A stretch of 64,000 bases of DNA from an uncultured Pelagibacteraceae bacterium (lineage in GTDB: Bacteria > Pseudomonadota > Alphaproteobacteria > Pelagibacterales > Pelagibacteraceae). Below the pieces are notes generated by a model, which was not told the origin of the DNA, did not search any database, and saw nothing but the letters and a program-made list of their open reading frames with translations. The DNA lies in contig CACIWX010000002.1 of assembly GCA_902590465.1 (NCBI GenBank), forward strand, positions 20,489-84,488, written 5' to 3'. Of this stretch, positions 17,644-29,906 are shown piece by piece (position 1 is the first letter of the stretch; each line of letters starts with the position of its first letter). A program made the translations under genes and the position numbers.

Positions 17644-19827
17644 ATGAAAATTACTAGTCAAATCATAGAAAAACACGGATTAAAACTTGAGGAATTTGCA
17701 AATATAAAAAAATTACTTAATAGAGAACCTAATTTACTTGAATTGGGTATATTTTCAGCAATGTGGAATGAGCATTGTTCGTACAAATCTTCAAGAATTC
17801 ATCTTAAAAACTTACCTACCAAAGGTAAGCAAGTCATTCAAGGCCCAGGTGAAAACGCCGGTGTAATTGATATAGGAGATAATGATGCAATAGTTTTTAA
17901 GATAGAAAGTCATAATCATCCTTCATATATTGAGCCTTATCAAGGAGCTGCAACTGGTGTTGGAGGAATTTTAAGAGATGTTTTTACAATGGGCGCAAGA
18001 CCTATTGCTTTATTGAATTCGATACATTTTGGATCGCCAGAACACTTTAAAACAAAGAGTTTACTTAATGGGGTTGTATCCGGGATTGGTGGTTATGGAA
18101 ATTGTATTGGTATACCTACCGTGGCAGGAGAGACTAAATTTAATGAAACTTATAATGAAAACATATTAGTAAATGCAATGGCCGTAGGTCATGCAAAAAA
18201 GAGTAAAATCTTTTATTCAAAAGCAAAAGGTTTAAATAAGTCTGTTGTTTATGTTGGTTCAAAGACTGGTAGAGACGGAATCCACGGTGCCTCAATGGCT
18301 TCTGCAGAATTTGACGAAAATTCTGAGGAAAAGAAACCCACTGTTCAGGTAGGTGATCCTTTCACAGAAAAACTTTTGATGGAAGCATGTTTAGAGCTTA
18401 TGAAAGATAACTCAATTATTTCTATACAAGATATGGGCGCAGCAGGATTAACTTCATCGAGTGTTGAAATGGCTTCTAAAGGAGAATTGGGAATTGAGCT
18501 TGAGCTAGATAAAGTTCCGTGTAGAGAAGAAAATATGACACCATATGAAATGATGTTATCTGAAAGCCAAGAAAGAATGCTTATTATTCTTGAAGATGGA
18601 AAAGAAAAAGATGCAAGAAAAATATTTGAAAAATGGGATTTAGATTTTGTTATAATAGGAAAAACTACTAATTCAAATAATCTTACTTTAAAATACAATA
18701 ATAAAATAGAGGGTGAAATCCCAATTGAGGCTTTGGCTTCCAAAGCGCCAATTTATGATAGAAAATGGATTAAAAAAAAGAAGCCTAAAAAAAGTGAAAT
18801 TAATTTAAAAGATCTAAAAAAAGTTAAGATTGAAGAAGCTTTAATTAAAATTTTATCTAGTCCAAATCATTCAAATAAAAGTTGGCTTACAAATCAATAT
18901 GACCAAAGTGTAATGTGTGACACTGTTTTAAAATCTGGATCGGATGCAGCTATTATTAGAATACATAACAAAGATAAAGCAATTGCTGTTTCGGTAGATT
19001 CATCAGCAAATTATTGTAAATCTCATCCCATCACAGGAGGAAAACAAATAGTTTGTGAAAATTGGAGGAACTTAATTACAGTTGGCGCAAAACCTTTAGC
19101 AATAACTAATTGCTTAAACTTTGGTAATCCAGAAAATCAAGAAATAATGGGAGAATTTGCTGAATGTTTACTTGGCATAAAAGAGGCATGCGAATTTTTA
19201 AATTATCCTGTGGTCTCAGGTAATGTTTCATTTTATAATGGCACAAATAAAAAAAATATTTTTCCAACACCTGTTATAGGTGGTGTTGGTTTGATTAAAA
19301 AATTATCCAATCCCTTAAATCACATTTTTAAAAGAGAAAATAGTTTATTAATACTAATAGGAAAAACATTCGGGCACCTTGAACAGAGTTGTTTTTTAAA
19401 AGAAAATTTCTCAATTAGTGAAGGTATGCCGCCTGAGATAAATCTTTTAAATGAAAAAAATAATGGTGAAAGTTTATTAAAATTGATTGATGAAAATTTA
19501 ATATTATCATCTCATGATGTGTCAAATGGCGGATTAATTACTGCACTATCTGAAATGTCCATTTCTTCAAACTATGGAGCTAAAATACTCAAACCTAAAA
19601 AACTAACAAATTTATTCAAATACTTTTTTGGTGAAGATCAAGCTAGATATATTATAGAAATAAATTCTAATAATTTACCTAAAGTAGAAAAAGTATTGAA
19701 AGAAAGTGATGTTTACTATGAAAATATCGGATTTACTCAAAAAAAATATTTTGAAATTGAGGGTGAGTTAAAAATTAGCACTAAAGATTTATTTAAAATT
19801 AACAATGAATGGTATAATAATTTTTAA
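17644..19827 (+). CDS. purL: FGAM synthase subunit PurL
   Basis: [30 protein letters not shown]. Confidence 0.97.
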   Translation: MKITSQIIEKHGLKLEEFANIKKLLNREPNLLELGIFSAMWNEHCSYKSSRIHLKNLPTKGKQVIQGPGENAGVIDIGDNDAIVFKIESHNHPSYIEPYQGAATGVGGILRDVFTMGARPIALLNSIHFGSPEHFKTKSLLNGVVSGIGGYGNCIGIPTVAGETKFNETYNENILVNAMAVGHAKKSKIFYSKAKGLNKSVVYVGSKTGRDGIHGASMASAEFDENSEEKKPTVQVGDPFTEKLLMEACLELMKDNSIISIQDMGAAGLTSSSVEMASKGELGIELELDKVPCREENMTPYEMMLSESQERMLIILEDGKEKDARKIFEKWDLDFVIIGKTTNSNNLTLKYNNKIEGEIPIEALASKAPIYDRKWIKKKKPKKSEINLKDLKKVKIEEALIKILSSPNHSNKSWLTNQYDQSVMCDTVLKSGSDAAIIRIHNKDKAIAVSVDSSANYCKSHPITGGKQIVCENWRNLITVGAKPLAITNCLNFGNPENQEIMGEFAECLLGIKEACEFLNYPVVSGNVSFYNGTNKKNIFPTPVIGGVGLIKKLSNPLNHIFKRENSLLILIGKTFGHLEQSCFLKENFSISEGMPPEINLLNEKNNGESLLKLIDENLILSSHDVSNGGLITALSEMSISSNYGAKILKPKKLTNLFKYFFGEDQARYIIEINSNNLPKVEKVLKESDVYYENIGFTQKKYFEIEGELKISTKDLFKINNEWYNNF

Positions 19828-20057
19828 TGCCTATACCTTTAGAGGAAATAAAAAAGCTAATTCTTGAAAGTATACCAGATGCTTCTGTAGAAATTAAAGA
19901 TTTGATGGGTGACAGTAATCATTACGAAGCAAAAATTAGATCATCTAAATTTAATAATTTAAGTAAAATTGATCAACACAAACTTGTATATAAATCTTTA
20001 AAGGGAAAAATGGGTAACGAATTACATGCACTATCAATAATTACAGAAGGAAAATAA
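19827..20057 (+). CDS. bolA: BolA/IbaG family protein
   Basis: HY..S..F....QH..VY..L....LHAL; adjacent to grxD. Confidence 0.88.
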   Translation: MPIPLEEIKKLILESIPDASVEIKDLMGDSNHYEAKIRSSKFNNLSKIDQHKLVYKSLKGKMGNELHALSIITEGK

Positions 20058-20374
20058 TGGAAACAAAACAAAAAATAGAAAAATTAATAAATGAAAACGA
20101 TGTTTGTTTATTTATGAAAGGGACACCGGAATCTCCTCAATGTGGATTCTCTATGGCAGTGTCAAATGTATTAAAACATCTTAAGATTAGTTTTAAAGGT
20201 ATAAATGTTCTTGAAGATGAGAATTTAAGACAAGGTATTAAGGATTTTAGTGATTGGCCAACGATACCTCAATTATACGTAAAAAAAGAATTTATAGGTG
20301 GTTGCGATATTGTAAAAGAAATGTTTGAAAAAGGAGAATTGAAAAAACTTTTTGAAGATAAAAAAGTATTATAA
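20057..20374 (+). CDS. grxD: Monothiol glutaredoxin
   Basis: CGFS, WPTIPQLY, GGCD. Confidence 0.96.
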   Translation: METKQKIEKLINENDVCLFMKGTPESPQCGFSMAVSNVLKHLKISFKGINVLEDENLRQGIKDFSDWPTIPQLYVKKEFIGGCDIVKEMFEKGELKKLFEDKKVL

Positions 20375-21118
20375 TTATTTTTTTTTAATAAAGCTTATAT
20401 CTGAGTCAGTTAAATTGCCTTTAAAAATTTCTATATTTTCAATTAGATTTATCAAATTTTTTTGATCATATTCAGTTAATATTTGAGAGGAAAAAATTTT
20501 TTTATTTTGTAAATTTTTTAAAACTTGGTCTATAAAAATATGATTAATATTTCTGTTATAATCATAATAGTTAGGGTGTTTAAAGTCTTCAATTACGTAT
20601 AATCCATTTCTCTTTACATATTTAAAAAATATTTTAAGGCTTATCAAAATATCACTCAAATTATGTGATCCATCATCAATAATAACATCAAAATTTTCTA
20701 TGCTATGTAATCCAAATATATTTTCTAAGGTTTTTTGAACTTTATCTTCATTATTAATATCAATACCATAAACATGAATTTGATTTGATTTATAATTGAA
20801 GTTTGAAATATTTATATCAAAACAAAAAATTTTTGACTCTTTTAAATACTTTGCAAAAGCTGCTGCCGAAGATCCAGCATAAGATCCAATTTCTAAAATA
20901 TTTATTTTTTTATTTCTAAATTTTTTAAGTTTATTTTCATAGAAAGTTGCATAACCATGTCCATCTATATTTTTTTTTTTAAAAACATTAGCCTTGTCGC
21001 TTCCATAATTGTAAAAAAGAGAGTCTAGTGACTCTGTATTTATATTATCGTTATCTATTGAGATTTTTTTTTTTAAATTATAAATTAAGTTTCTTTTAAA
21101 AAGACTGAAAAAATTCAA
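20375..21118 (-). CDS. Class I SAM-dependent methyltransferase-like protein
   Basis: YGSDK, HGY..FY, ILEIGS..GSS, FDVIIDDGSH, YVIED. Confidence 0.75.
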   Translation of the reverse strand: MNFFSLFKRNLIYNLKKKISIDNDNINTESLDSLFYNYGSDKANVFKKKNIDGHGYATFYENKLKKFRNKKINILEIGSYAGSSAAAFAKYLKESKIFCFDINISNFNYKSNQIHVYGIDINNEDKVQKTLENIFGLHSIENFDVIIDDGSHNLSDILISLKIFFKYVKRNGLYVIEDFKHPNYYDYNRNINHIFIDQVLKNLQNKKIFSSQILTEYDQKNLINLIENIEIFKGNLTDSDISFIKKK

Positions 21119-21736
21119 TTATCTTGAATAGTATTCAATAACTAAACTTGGTTCCATTATGACTGGAAAAGGAACTTCTGAAAATTTAGGAACCCTAACT
21201 AGTTTAGCCGTTTTATTTTTATCATCTAACTGGATATATTCAGGTACATCTCGCTCTTTACTTTGTAAAGATCCATCAATAACAGTTAATTTTTTCGATT
21301 TTTCTCTTACTTCAATCAAGTCTGTATTTTTCACAACATAGCTAGCTATGTTAACTCTTTTTTTATTTACTCTAATATGTCCATGGTTAATCATCTGTCT
21401 CGCTGCAAACACGGTTGGTGCAAATTTTGCTCTGTAAATTACAGTATCAAGCCTACTTTCAAGTAATGCTATTAAATTTTCTGTTGTATCTCCTCTTTTT
21501 GAAAGAGCTTTTCTATAAATATTTCTAAACTGTCTTTCGTTGATGTTTCCGTAATATGCTTTTAATTTCTGCTTAGCTTGCAATTGAATACCGTAATCAG
21601 TTGGCTTGCCTTTTTTATTTTGGCCATGTTGACCTGGGGGGTAAGCTCTTGAGTTAAATGGACTTTTAGGCCTGCCCCAAATGTTTGCCTTAAGTCTTCG
21701 ATCAACTTTGTGTTTAGATTTAAGTCTTTTTGTCAT
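21119..21736 (-). CDS. rpsD: 30S ribosomal protein S4
   Basis: PPGQHG, KQKLK..YG, LESRLD, IEYYSR. Confidence 0.98.
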   Translation of the reverse strand: MTKRLKSKHKVDRRLKANIWGRPKSPFNSRAYPPGQHGQNKKGKPTDYGIQLQAKQKLKAYYGNINERQFRNIYRKALSKRGDTTENLIALLESRLDTVIYRAKFAPTVFAARQMINHGHIRVNKKRVNIASYVVKNTDLIEVREKSKKLTVIDGSLQSKERDVPEYIQLDDKNKTAKLVRVPKFSEVPFPVIMEPSLVIEYYSR

Positions 21737-21793
21737 ATTTAGTAAATGAGTGTTTATAAGCTTTAGAATTAATTTGTCAATTAAGCTTTATCA

Positions 21794-22504
21794 TTATTTT
21801 CTACTTAATGAGCTTATAATACTAGCTAAAATCCTTAATTCTTTATCATTTGGTTCTAATCTATAAATAAGATTATAAATATTTAATATCATTGAACTTT
21901 TTTTTTCTTTTGGACTAAAAAAATTTTTTTTTTCTAAAATATCTATTAAATGATTAACTGTAGACAAAATTTTTGATTTAGATGAGATTTTTAAGTTAAG
22001 GCTATTTTTATTAATTTTCTTATTGTTTAAAAGTTTAAATATTTCATAACAAATAACGGTTAATGAGTGAGATAAATTTAAAGATTTAAATTTAGATGAA
22101 GTAGGAATTTGTAATATGTAATTTGAAAATGATAAATCTTTATTTGATAAACCCGATGCTTCAGGGCCAAACATTAATCCAATATTAAGTTTTTTTTTTA
22201 TAATTATTTTTTGAAATTCTTGAATGGAAATATGCTTTTTGTTGATATCTCTCCGTCTTGCACTAAGAGATATAACTAAATTAAAAGGCTTAATTGCATT
22301 TTCAATCTTATTAAAAACTTTTGCTTTATTTACTATATCATAAGCTCCAACAGAGGTTGCTTTAGCTTTATGATTTGGAAAATTTATCTTTGGATCAACA
22401 ATAAAAAGTTTTGAAAAACCAAAATTTTTCATTGAACGCGCACATGCTCCGATATTTTCTCCTAATTGCGGCTTAACTAGAATAAATCCAAACTTACTTT
22501 TCAT
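21794..22504 (-). CDS. trmJ: SPOUT tRNA/rRNA methyltransferase (TrmJ family)
   Basis: PQLGENIGACARSMKNFG, FGPEASGLSN, SLNLSH. Confidence 0.85.
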   Translation of the reverse strand: MKSKFGFILVKPQLGENIGACARSMKNFGFSKLFIVDPKINFPNHKAKATSVGAYDIVNKAKVFNKIENAIKPFNLVISLSARRRDINKKHISIQEFQKIIIKKKLNIGLMFGPEASGLSNKDLSFSNYILQIPTSSKFKSLNLSHSLTVICYEIFKLLNNKKINKNSLNLKISSKSKILSTVNHLIDILEKKNFFSPKEKKSSMILNIYNLIYRLEPNDKELRILASIISSLSRK

Positions 22505-24098
22505 TTAAGTTTGCTGGAGCTTTTTCTTTATAAAGTTTGTAATCCAAGCTATCTATTAAAGCTTTAAATGATGCTTCAATAATATTAGGCGAAACTCCAA
22601 CTGTAAACCAGCTTTTACCAGTTTTATCCGTGCTCTCAATTAAAACACGTGTAGTTGCTTCTGTCCCTGTATTAAGTATTCTAACTTTATAGTCTAATAA
22701 TCTTAAATCCGAAAAAAAATCATAATATTTTTCCACTTTTTTAAAATTGGATCTAATAGCATTGTCTAAAGCATTGACTGGTCCATTTCCCTCACCCTCG
22801 CATTTGATTTTCTTTCCATCAATTAAAAAAACCACATTAGCTTTAGTAATAATTTTATCTGATTTTGAAACACTAACATCATAACTCTCAACTTTTAAAT
22901 ATTCAGGCACTTTTCCTAATAAACGGTTAGCTAGTAATTCAAAAGATGCGTCAGCACCATCGTAGGAATAACCACTAAATTCTCTCTCTTTTACTTCATC
23001 TAAAATTTTTTGTACTTTAATATCTTTAGAATTAATTTTCACTCCGTAAGCTTCCAATCTTGATAGAATATTTGAACGACCTGCTTGATTTGAAATAATA
23101 ATATTTCTGTGGTTTCCAATAGATTTTGGATCTACATGTTCATAAGTTTTAGGATCTTTTTTAACTGCTGATACATGGAGTCCGCCTTTATGTGAAAAAG
23201 CAGAAGCTCCAACGTAGGGCAAACTTTTGTTAGGTTTTCTATTTAAAATTTCATCTAATAATCTTGAGCACTCCGTTAGGGAGCTTAATTTTTCTTTACT
23301 AATATTTATATCAAATTTATCTGTGAAGGATTTCTTTAAAGATAATGTAGGTATTAATGACATTAAATTAGCATTACCACATCTTTCACCTAAACCATTT
23401 ATAGTTCCTTGTACTTGCCTAACTCCAGCTTGAATAGCAGCTAGAGAATTTGATACTGCATTTTCAGTATCATTGTGAGCGTGAATACCTAAATTTTTTC
23501 CAGGTATTACTTTAGTGACTTTAGAAACTATATCGGTTACTTCGTGAGGTAAGGTGCCTCCATTAGTATCGCAAAGGATTAACCATCTGGCTCCTTGATC
23601 ATAAGCGCTTTTTAAACAATCTAACGCATATTCTGGATTGGATTTAAAACCATCAAAGAAATGTTCTGCATCAAATAAAAATTCTTTTCCATTTTTAATT
23701 ATATGTTTAGCCGTATCTTTTATGTTTTCTAAGTTATCTTCATTTTTAATTTCTAGGGCAGTTTTTACATGAAAATCCCAAGCCTTACCCACTACACAAA
23801 TTGCAGGACAAGAGGCATTTATTAAAGAAGATATTGAAGGGTCATTATCAGCGCTTCTTCCGGTTTTTTTGGTCATTCCAAAAGCTGTGAAAATACTTTT
23901 ATTCAAGTTTAGGGGTTTAGAAAAAAATTCTGTATCGACGGGATTAGCTCCGGGCCAACCACCTTCTATATAATCAATACCTATTTCAGCTAATACTTTT
24001 GCAATCTTATTTTTATCCTCAACAGAAAAATCAACTCCTTCTGTTTGGGCGCCATCTCTTAAAGTTGTGTCAAAAATATATATTTTTTCTTTGATCAT
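22494..24098 (-). CDS. cimA: Citramalate synthase
   Basis: DTTLRDGAQTEG, EGGWPG, DAEHFFDG, HAHND, GERCGNA. Confidence 0.92.
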   Translation of the reverse strand: MIKEKIYIFDTTLRDGAQTEGVDFSVEDKNKIAKVLAEIGIDYIEGGWPGANPVDTEFFSKPLNLNKSIFTAFGMTKKTGRSADNDPSISSLINASCPAICVVGKAWDFHVKTALEIKNEDNLENIKDTAKHIIKNGKEFLFDAEHFFDGFKSNPEYALDCLKSAYDQGARWLILCDTNGGTLPHEVTDIVSKVTKVIPGKNLGIHAHNDTENAVSNSLAAIQAGVRQVQGTINGLGERCGNANLMSLIPTLSLKKSFTDKFDINISKEKLSSLTECSRLLDEILNRKPNKSLPYVGASAFSHKGGLHVSAVKKDPKTYEHVDPKSIGNHRNIIISNQAGRSNILSRLEAYGVKINSKDIKVQKILDEVKEREFSGYSYDGADASFELLANRLLGKVPEYLKVESYDVSVSKSDKIITKANVVFLIDGKKIKCEGEGNGPVNALDNAIRSNFKKVEKYYDFFSDLRLLDYKVRILNTGTEATTRVLIESTDKTGKSWFTVGVSPNIIEASFKALIDSLDYKLYKEKAPANLNEK

Positions 24099-25447
24099 TT
24101 AAATTTCCAAATAGTTTTTTCTTTTTGGTCCTCGATTAATACTCCTTCATCTAAAAGTTCATTTCTTATTTTGTCAGCTAAATCATAATTTCCATTATTT
24201 TTTGCTTTTGTTCTTTCTTGAATCTTTTGTAATATATGCTCTTCAGAAATCTTAATATTTATCTTTTTTAAATTTAGCCATTCTTCTTTAGAAATATTAA
24301 ATAAACCAAGTAATCGACAAGCGCTATTAAACGATGCTTTTTTTTTATCATCTCCTGTTATTGCTTCATTGTAAAGCTCATGAATTTTAGCAATAAATCC
24401 TGCCGTATTTAAGTCATCTAACAATGACTCGATTAAATCTAGTTTAATTTCTTCTGAATTTTTTTCATAAAGTTTATACCATTTGTCTAAAATATTTTTT
24501 TGATTATTTAATAAATCATCATTCCAATCTAGCGGTTGACTATAATGAGCACTTAATAAAGCAAGTCTCACGACTTGGCCGGAATATTTATTAACAGCAT
24601 CAGTAATAGATATTATATTTCCAAGAGATTTCGACATTTTTTCCTTATTAATAGTAACAAAACCGTTGTGTAACCAATAATTTGCAAATTTATTTGTAGA
24701 GTTATTACTACACGATTGAGCAATCTCATTTTCGTGATGTGGAAAAATTAAATCTAGTCCACCTCCGTGAATATCAAAATTTTTTCCTAAGTATTTCTCA
24801 CTCATGACTGAACATTCTAAATGCCATCCAGGTCTACCTCTCCCCCAAGGGGACTTCCATCCAGGGTCCTTTTCGACTGACGGCTTCCACAAAACAAAAT
24901 CCATTGGATTTTTTTTAAGATTTGATATTTCTACTCTACTACCTGCTTTTAATTCTTCTAAATTTTTATTCGAAAGTTTTCCATAATTTTTAAAAGATGA
25001 AACTGAAAAATATACATGGCCTTTATTTACATATGCAAAATTTTTTTCAATGAGCGAAGATGTCATTTCTATCATTTCCTCTATATGTTCAGTTGCTTTA
25101 GGTTCTTTAGATGGTTTTAAACAATTTAAGCTTTCGCAATTTTGGTGAAATATTTTTGTTACTTCTTGAGTAATATCGTTGATAGACTTATTTTTATTTT
25201 TTGAGGCCTCAATTATTTTATCATCTACATCTGTAATATTTCTTACATAATAAACTTTTTTACTTCCGTAAAGTAATTGTAATACTCTAAAAAGTGTATC
25301 AAAGACTACTAAGGATCTTGCGTTACCGACATGAGGGTTATCATAAACAGTTGGTCCGCATGCGTATAAAGAAATTTTGTCTAGATTAATTGGTTTAAAT
25401 ACTTCTTTTTTTCTTGTTAGAGAATTTGTTAATTTTAAGCTATTCAT
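24095..25447 (-). CDS. cysS: Cysteine--tRNA ligase
   Basis: CGPTVY, HVGN, PGWHLECS, FPHHENE, KMSKS. Confidence 0.97.
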   Translation of the reverse strand: MNSLKLTNSLTRKKEVFKPINLDKISLYACGPTVYDNPHVGNARSLVVFDTLFRVLQLLYGSKKVYYVRNITDVDDKIIEASKNKNKSINDITQEVTKIFHQNCESLNCLKPSKEPKATEHIEEMIEMTSSLIEKNFAYVNKGHVYFSVSSFKNYGKLSNKNLEELKAGSRVEISNLKKNPMDFVLWKPSVEKDPGWKSPWGRGRPGWHLECSVMSEKYLGKNFDIHGGGLDLIFPHHENEIAQSCSNNSTNKFANYWLHNGFVTINKEKMSKSLGNIISITDAVNKYSGQVVRLALLSAHYSQPLDWNDDLLNNQKNILDKWYKLYEKNSEEIKLDLIESLLDDLNTAGFIAKIHELYNEAITGDDKKKASFNSACRLLGLFNISKEEWLNLKKINIKISEEHILQKIQERTKAKNNGNYDLADKIRNELLDEGVLIEDQKEKTIWKFK

Positions 25448-26177
25448 TAAATGTACATACCGGTATCGGATTCATCTTGTGTAAATTTTTTTCTCTTATT
25501 TCTAAATATTTTTGATAGTTTGGATCGTCTTTATTTTCCATAGCTTTTTCTAAATCTGCATAACTCATTCCAAGTTGTTCTATATCGTTTCTTCCATCAT
25601 CCCATAGACCATCTGTGGGTTGGGCATTAATTATTTCTTCCGACACACCGAGATGTCTGCCTAACTCCCACACTTGAGATTTGTTGCAGTCAGCTATAGG
25701 AGAGATATCAACCCCACCATCGCCATATTTAGTATAAAAACCAACGCCAAAATCTTCGACTTTGTTACCTGTACCAACAACAATTCCATTATTTGCTGCT
25801 GCTACTTGGTATAAAGTCGCCATTCTCAACCTTGCTCTTGAGTTTGCATATCCATGCTCATTATCAAATTTATTTAAAACTTGAGAAAATGAGTTAAAGA
25901 TTTTATCCATCTCCAACAAATGATGTTCAACGTTCTTATATTTTTGTTTTAACCATTTAGCATGTGTCAAACTTAAATCATGTTGAGATTTGATTTGTTT
26001 AATTGGCATTGTTAACACAATTGTTTTTCTACCAGTGTTTGCACATAAAGTACTAACTACAGAAGAGTCTATTCCACCTGATATTCCAACTACCAATGAT
26101 TTTGGCTTATAAGAAGCATTATTGCAATAGTTGTCTATCCAGTCGATTATTATTTTTGCTCTTTTTTTTACATCCAT
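25440..26177 (-). CDS. nadE: NH3-dependent NAD synthetase
   Basis: SGGIDS, RARLRM, GFYTKYGDGG. Confidence 0.95.
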   Translation of the reverse strand: MDVKKRAKIIIDWIDNYCNNASYKPKSLVVGISGGIDSSVVSTLCANTGRKTIVLTMPIKQIKSQHDLSLTHAKWLKQKYKNVEHHLLEMDKIFNSFSQVLNKFDNEHGYANSRARLRMATLYQVAAANNGIVVGTGNKVEDFGVGFYTKYGDGGVDISPIADCNKSQVWELGRHLGVSEEIINAQPTDGLWDDGRNDIEQLGMSYADLEKAMENKDDPNYQKYLEIREKNLHKMNPIPVCTFNE

Positions 26178-26230
26178 AATTAATACCTTACCTGTCTTTT
26201 AGGCTTCGGTCTTAATAATTGCAATAATTA

Positions 26231-27613
26231 TTAAGACGCAGCTTGAATAATTTTATTTGATATTTTTGAATTTTTCTTAATTTCTTCAGAAATCAAGAAA
26301 GCTAATTCTAATGCTTGGTCTGCATTTAATCTTGGATCACAATGTGTTCTATATCTGCTGGAAAGATCTTTCTCAGAGATTTTTTGTGCACCTCCTGTGC
26401 ATTCAGTTACATTTTGACCAGTCATTTCGATATGTAATCCGCCAGCATAACTTTTTTCTGCATGACTAACTGCAAAGAAATTTTTTACCTCTTTAAGAAC
26501 ATTTTCGAAAGGTCTAGTTTTAAATCCTGTAGCTGCTTTAATTGTATTTCCGTGCATAGGATCACATGACCAAATGACTTTAAGACCCTCTTTTTTGATT
26601 GCTTGCATTAATTTTGGCAAGTATTTTTGAACATTATCTGCTCCAAATCTTGAAATTAATGTTAACCTACCAGCTTCATTTTCGGGATTAAGAATATTGC
26701 ATAAATTAATTAATTCTTCTGGTTTTAATGTTGGACCACATTTTAGACCTATTGGATTTTTTATTCCTCTACAAAATTCTACATGGGCTCCGTCAAGTTG
26801 TCTTGTTCTGTCACCTATCCATACAAAATGTGCTGAAGTATCGTGATATTCTCCAGTCGTTGAGTCTATACGCGTCATGGACTCCTCGAATGGTAAATGT
26901 AAAGCTTCATGTGAAGTATAAAAATTTACAGTTCTTAATCTTCTGTTGTTATCTGAATTAATTCCGCAAGCTTCCATAAAAGCAAGTGCATCACTTATCT
27001 TATCTTCAATCTCTTTATATTTGCCTTTAGTTTTATCTTTAATAAATCCTAAGTTCCATAAATGCACTTGTCTAAGATCAGCAAAACCTCCTTGTGAAAA
27101 AGCTCTCAAAAGATTTAGTGTTGAAGCTGATTGTGAATATGCTCTAAATAATCTTTTTGCATCTGGAATTCTAGCTTTTTCTGTAAATTCTGTTCCATTA
27201 ATATTATCACCTAGATAGCTTGGTAATTCTTTTCCATCTTTTTTTTCAGTTGGAGCGCTTCTTGGTTTTGAAAATTGTCCAGCTATTCTACCAACTTTAA
27301 CAACGGGGACCGAGGCAGATGCTGTCAAAACTAAAGACATTTGTAAAAGAACTTTAAAAGTATCTCTTATATTGTCGGGATGAAATTCAGCAAAACTCTC
27401 TGCACAATCACCACCTTGTAATAAAAACGCTTTACCCTCAGCTACTTCAGCTAAAGATTTTTTTAGAGATCTAGACTCTCCGGCAAAAACTAATGGAGGA
27501 TATTTTTTAATTTTACTTAAAACTAAATCAAGCTCCTCTTTATCCTGATAAACAGGCAGATGTTTAGCAGGAAATTTTACCCAACTATTTAAATTCCATT
27601 TTTTCATATTCAA
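26231..27613 (-). CDS. Class II DAHP synthase
   Basis: [33 protein letters not shown]. Confidence 0.95.
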   Translation of the reverse strand: MNMKKWNLNSWVKFPAKHLPVYQDKEELDLVLSKIKKYPPLVFAGESRSLKKSLAEVAEGKAFLLQGGDCAESFAEFHPDNIRDTFKVLLQMSLVLTASASVPVVKVGRIAGQFSKPRSAPTEKKDGKELPSYLGDNINGTEFTEKARIPDAKRLFRAYSQSASTLNLLRAFSQGGFADLRQVHLWNLGFIKDKTKGKYKEIEDKISDALAFMEACGINSDNNRRLRTVNFYTSHEALHLPFEESMTRIDSTTGEYHDTSAHFVWIGDRTRQLDGAHVEFCRGIKNPIGLKCGPTLKPEELINLCNILNPENEAGRLTLISRFGADNVQKYLPKLMQAIKKEGLKVIWSCDPMHGNTIKAATGFKTRPFENVLKEVKNFFAVSHAEKSYAGGLHIEMTGQNVTECTGGAQKISEKDLSSRYRTHCDPRLNADQALELAFLISEEIKKNSKISNKIIQAAS

Positions 27614-27670
27614 CTTGCGATATATATAGAGTATTGATTAAAGATATTCAATACAATATTGACAAATTAT

Positions 27671-28087
27671 TTACTTAAATGTTTCTACTTTGCTGTTTAA
27701 TGAAATAAGTTTTAACTCAATGCTTAATTTTGGATATTTTTTCTTGAATATTTTTTTGATTTTTTGAAAAGAAATTTTGTGAATTTTCGTTTCATTAATC
27801 ATTGAAAATTTTTTTTTTCCATTAATAATTTTTGCTGCTCCACAATCTCGATGGTTTATTACTATTAGTTTTTTAATATTGTGTAATTTGATAGATGTAT
27901 CAAAATTTTCCCAAAAGGATTTGTGCCATTTTTGAAATTTTTTGGCAGTGACGCCAATTGAAGATCCTGCTATTGTAAAAGCGCTATATTTTCCAGTCAA
28001 TTTATTTTTCTTTAGATAATTAAAGATTACAGGCTGAAATCTTGGATCAATACACGATAAAACCATCGCTTTGTAATTAGACTTCAT
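27671..28087 (-). CDS. Small beta-type carbonic anhydrase-like protein
   Basis: CIDPR and HRDCG Zn-ligand motifs. Confidence 0.8.
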   Translation of the reverse strand: MKSNYKAMVLSCIDPRFQPVIFNYLKKNKLTGKYSAFTIAGSSIGVTAKKFQKWHKSFWENFDTSIKLHNIKKLIVINHRDCGAAKIINGKKKFSMINETKIHKISFQKIKKIFKKKYPKLSIELKLISLNSKVETFK

Positions 28088-28088
28088 T

Positions 28089-29906
28089 CTATTCTACTGT
28101 AACTGATTTTGCTAAGTTTCTAGGTTTATCTACGTCACAATTTTTCAATAAAGCAACATGATAAGCTAACATTTGAAGTGGTAAGGTTAATAGTATTGGT
28201 GACAATAAATTGTCAATATGAGGAACTCTAAAACCAAATCTTATATTTTCATTCAAGGATTCTTTTTTATTGTCTGTGATAAAGAGTATTTTTCCACCCC
28301 TTGCTATAACCTCTTGCATATTAGAAATTGTTTTTTCAAAATATTTGTCTTTTGGAGCAATTACTATTACAGGGAGACCCTCTTCAATTAATGCTAAAGG
28401 TCCATGTTTCATCTCTCCAGCTGGATAACCTTCTGCATGTAAGTAGGACAATTCTTTTAATTTTAATGCACCCTCTAAAGCAATTGGAAAAGAAGATCCT
28501 CTTCCTAAAAACATTGATCCCTTTGCAGAGATGAATTCTTTTGCCATGAGTTGAACTTCGTTCTCATTTTTAAGACATTTTTTGATTGCATCAGGTATTT
28601 TTTTTAAATTACTTATGTTTTTAATATATGTAATTTCATCAATATCTTTTCTTACAAAAGCTAATTTTAAACATAATATATATAATACAGTTAACTGACC
28701 TAAAAATGCTTTAGTGGATGCAACTCCAATTTCTATACCAGCATGAATAGGTAAAACCCAGTCAGAGTTTCTAGCAATTGTACTTTCAATTACGTTTACT
28801 ATTGAGCAAGTTTTAACATTATTTTTTTTACATAAGTCAAGTGCTGCTGCTGTATCAGCTGTCTCTCCTGATTGTGAAACAAATATATAAAGGTTGTTGG
28901 GATTAAATTTTAATTTTCTATATCTAAATTCTGAAGCAATATCTATTTCAATATCAATTGAAGTTAATTCTTCAAACCAATATTTAGCTGTTAAACAAGA
29001 ATTATAAGCTGTACCACAACCTATCAAAACAATTTTATTTATTTTTTGAGGTTCAATTGGAAAATTTAGAATATTGATATTTTTTTTAAGACTATCAACG
29101 TATTCACTTATACAATTATTTACAGTATCAGGTTGCTCGACAATTTCTTTAAACATAAAATGTTTGTACTCACCTTTTTCGGCTGAAACATCATTTTCTG
29201 ACATTGTCAGAATTTTTTTATTTACTTTCTTTAAATTCTTATCAAAGAAACTAACTTCGTCTTTAGTTAAAACACACAATTCACCATCATCTAAATATGA
29301 AATTTTGTTTGTCATAGATTTTAGGGCATACGAGTCTGAACCTATATAATTTTCTTTTTTTGAATAACCAACAGCTAGCGGACTTCCCCTTCTTGCCCCA
29401 ATAATAATGTTTGGGAATTTTTTAAAAATTATTCCAAGTGCAAAACTGCCTTTCAATTTTTTCAATGTTTTAAATACAGAGTTCAAAGGCTTATTTTCTT
29501 TTAAAGACTCTGTGATTAATAATGTTACTACCTCTGTGTCTGTCTGAGATTTAAATTTTATTCCTTTGGACTCTAGTTCATTTTTTAATTCATCAGAATT
29601 TTCTATTATACCATTGTGAACCACAGATACTTGTTCAGATGAATGAGGGTGTGCATTTACTACATTTGGAATTCCATGAGTAGCCCACCTTACATGACCA
29701 ATACCCACGTTACCATTTGAAGGTGTCTTAAAAAGAATTTTTTCTAACTCCTCTACTCTTCCTGAGCATTTTTTTTCATTAATAATGTCATTATCTAATG
29801 TAGCTAAACCTGCAGAATCATAACCTCTGTATTCCAATTTTTTAAGAGAGTTAATTATGTTTATAGAAACAGGTTTATTGCTTGCTATACCAATTATTCC
29901 ACACAT
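28089..29906 (-). CDS. glmS: Glutamine--fructose-6-phosphate aminotransferase
   Basis: MCGIIG, EYRGYDSAG, SQSGET, PRNLAKSVTVE. Confidence 0.98.
   Translation of the reverse strand: MCGIIGIASNKPVSINIINSLKKLEYRGYDSAGLATLDNDIINEKKCSGRVEELEKILFKTPSNGNVGIGHVRWATHGIPNVVNAHPHSSEQVSVVHNGIIENSDELKNELESKGIKFKSQTDTEVVTLLITESLKENKPLNSVFKTLKKLKGSFALGIIFKKFPNIIIGARRGSPLAVGYSKKENYIGSDSYALKSMTNKISYLDDGELCVLTKDEVSFFDKNLKKVNKKILTMSENDVSAEKGEYKHFMFKEIVEQPDTVNNCISEYVDSLKKNINILNFPIEPQKINKIVLIGCGTAYNSCLTAKYWFEELTSIDIEIDIASEFRYRKLKFNPNNLYIFVSQSGETADTAAALDLCKKNNVKTCSIVNVIESTIARNSDWVLPIHAGIEIGVASTKAFLGQLTVLYILCLKLAFVRKDIDEITYIKNISNLKKIPDAIKKCLKNENEVQLMAKEFISAKGSMFLGRGSSFPIALEGALKLKELSYLHAEGYPAGEMKHGPLALIEEGLPVIVIAPKDKYFEKTISNMQEVIARGGKILFITDNKKESLNENIRFGFRVPHIDNLLSPILLTLPLQMLAYHVALLKNCDVDKPRNLAKSVTVE

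Noticed and set aside
20970-21074. Poly-T tracts of 11 nt as phase-variation switches
   Set aside because: Long A/T runs are common throughout this AT-rich window and the frames are intact
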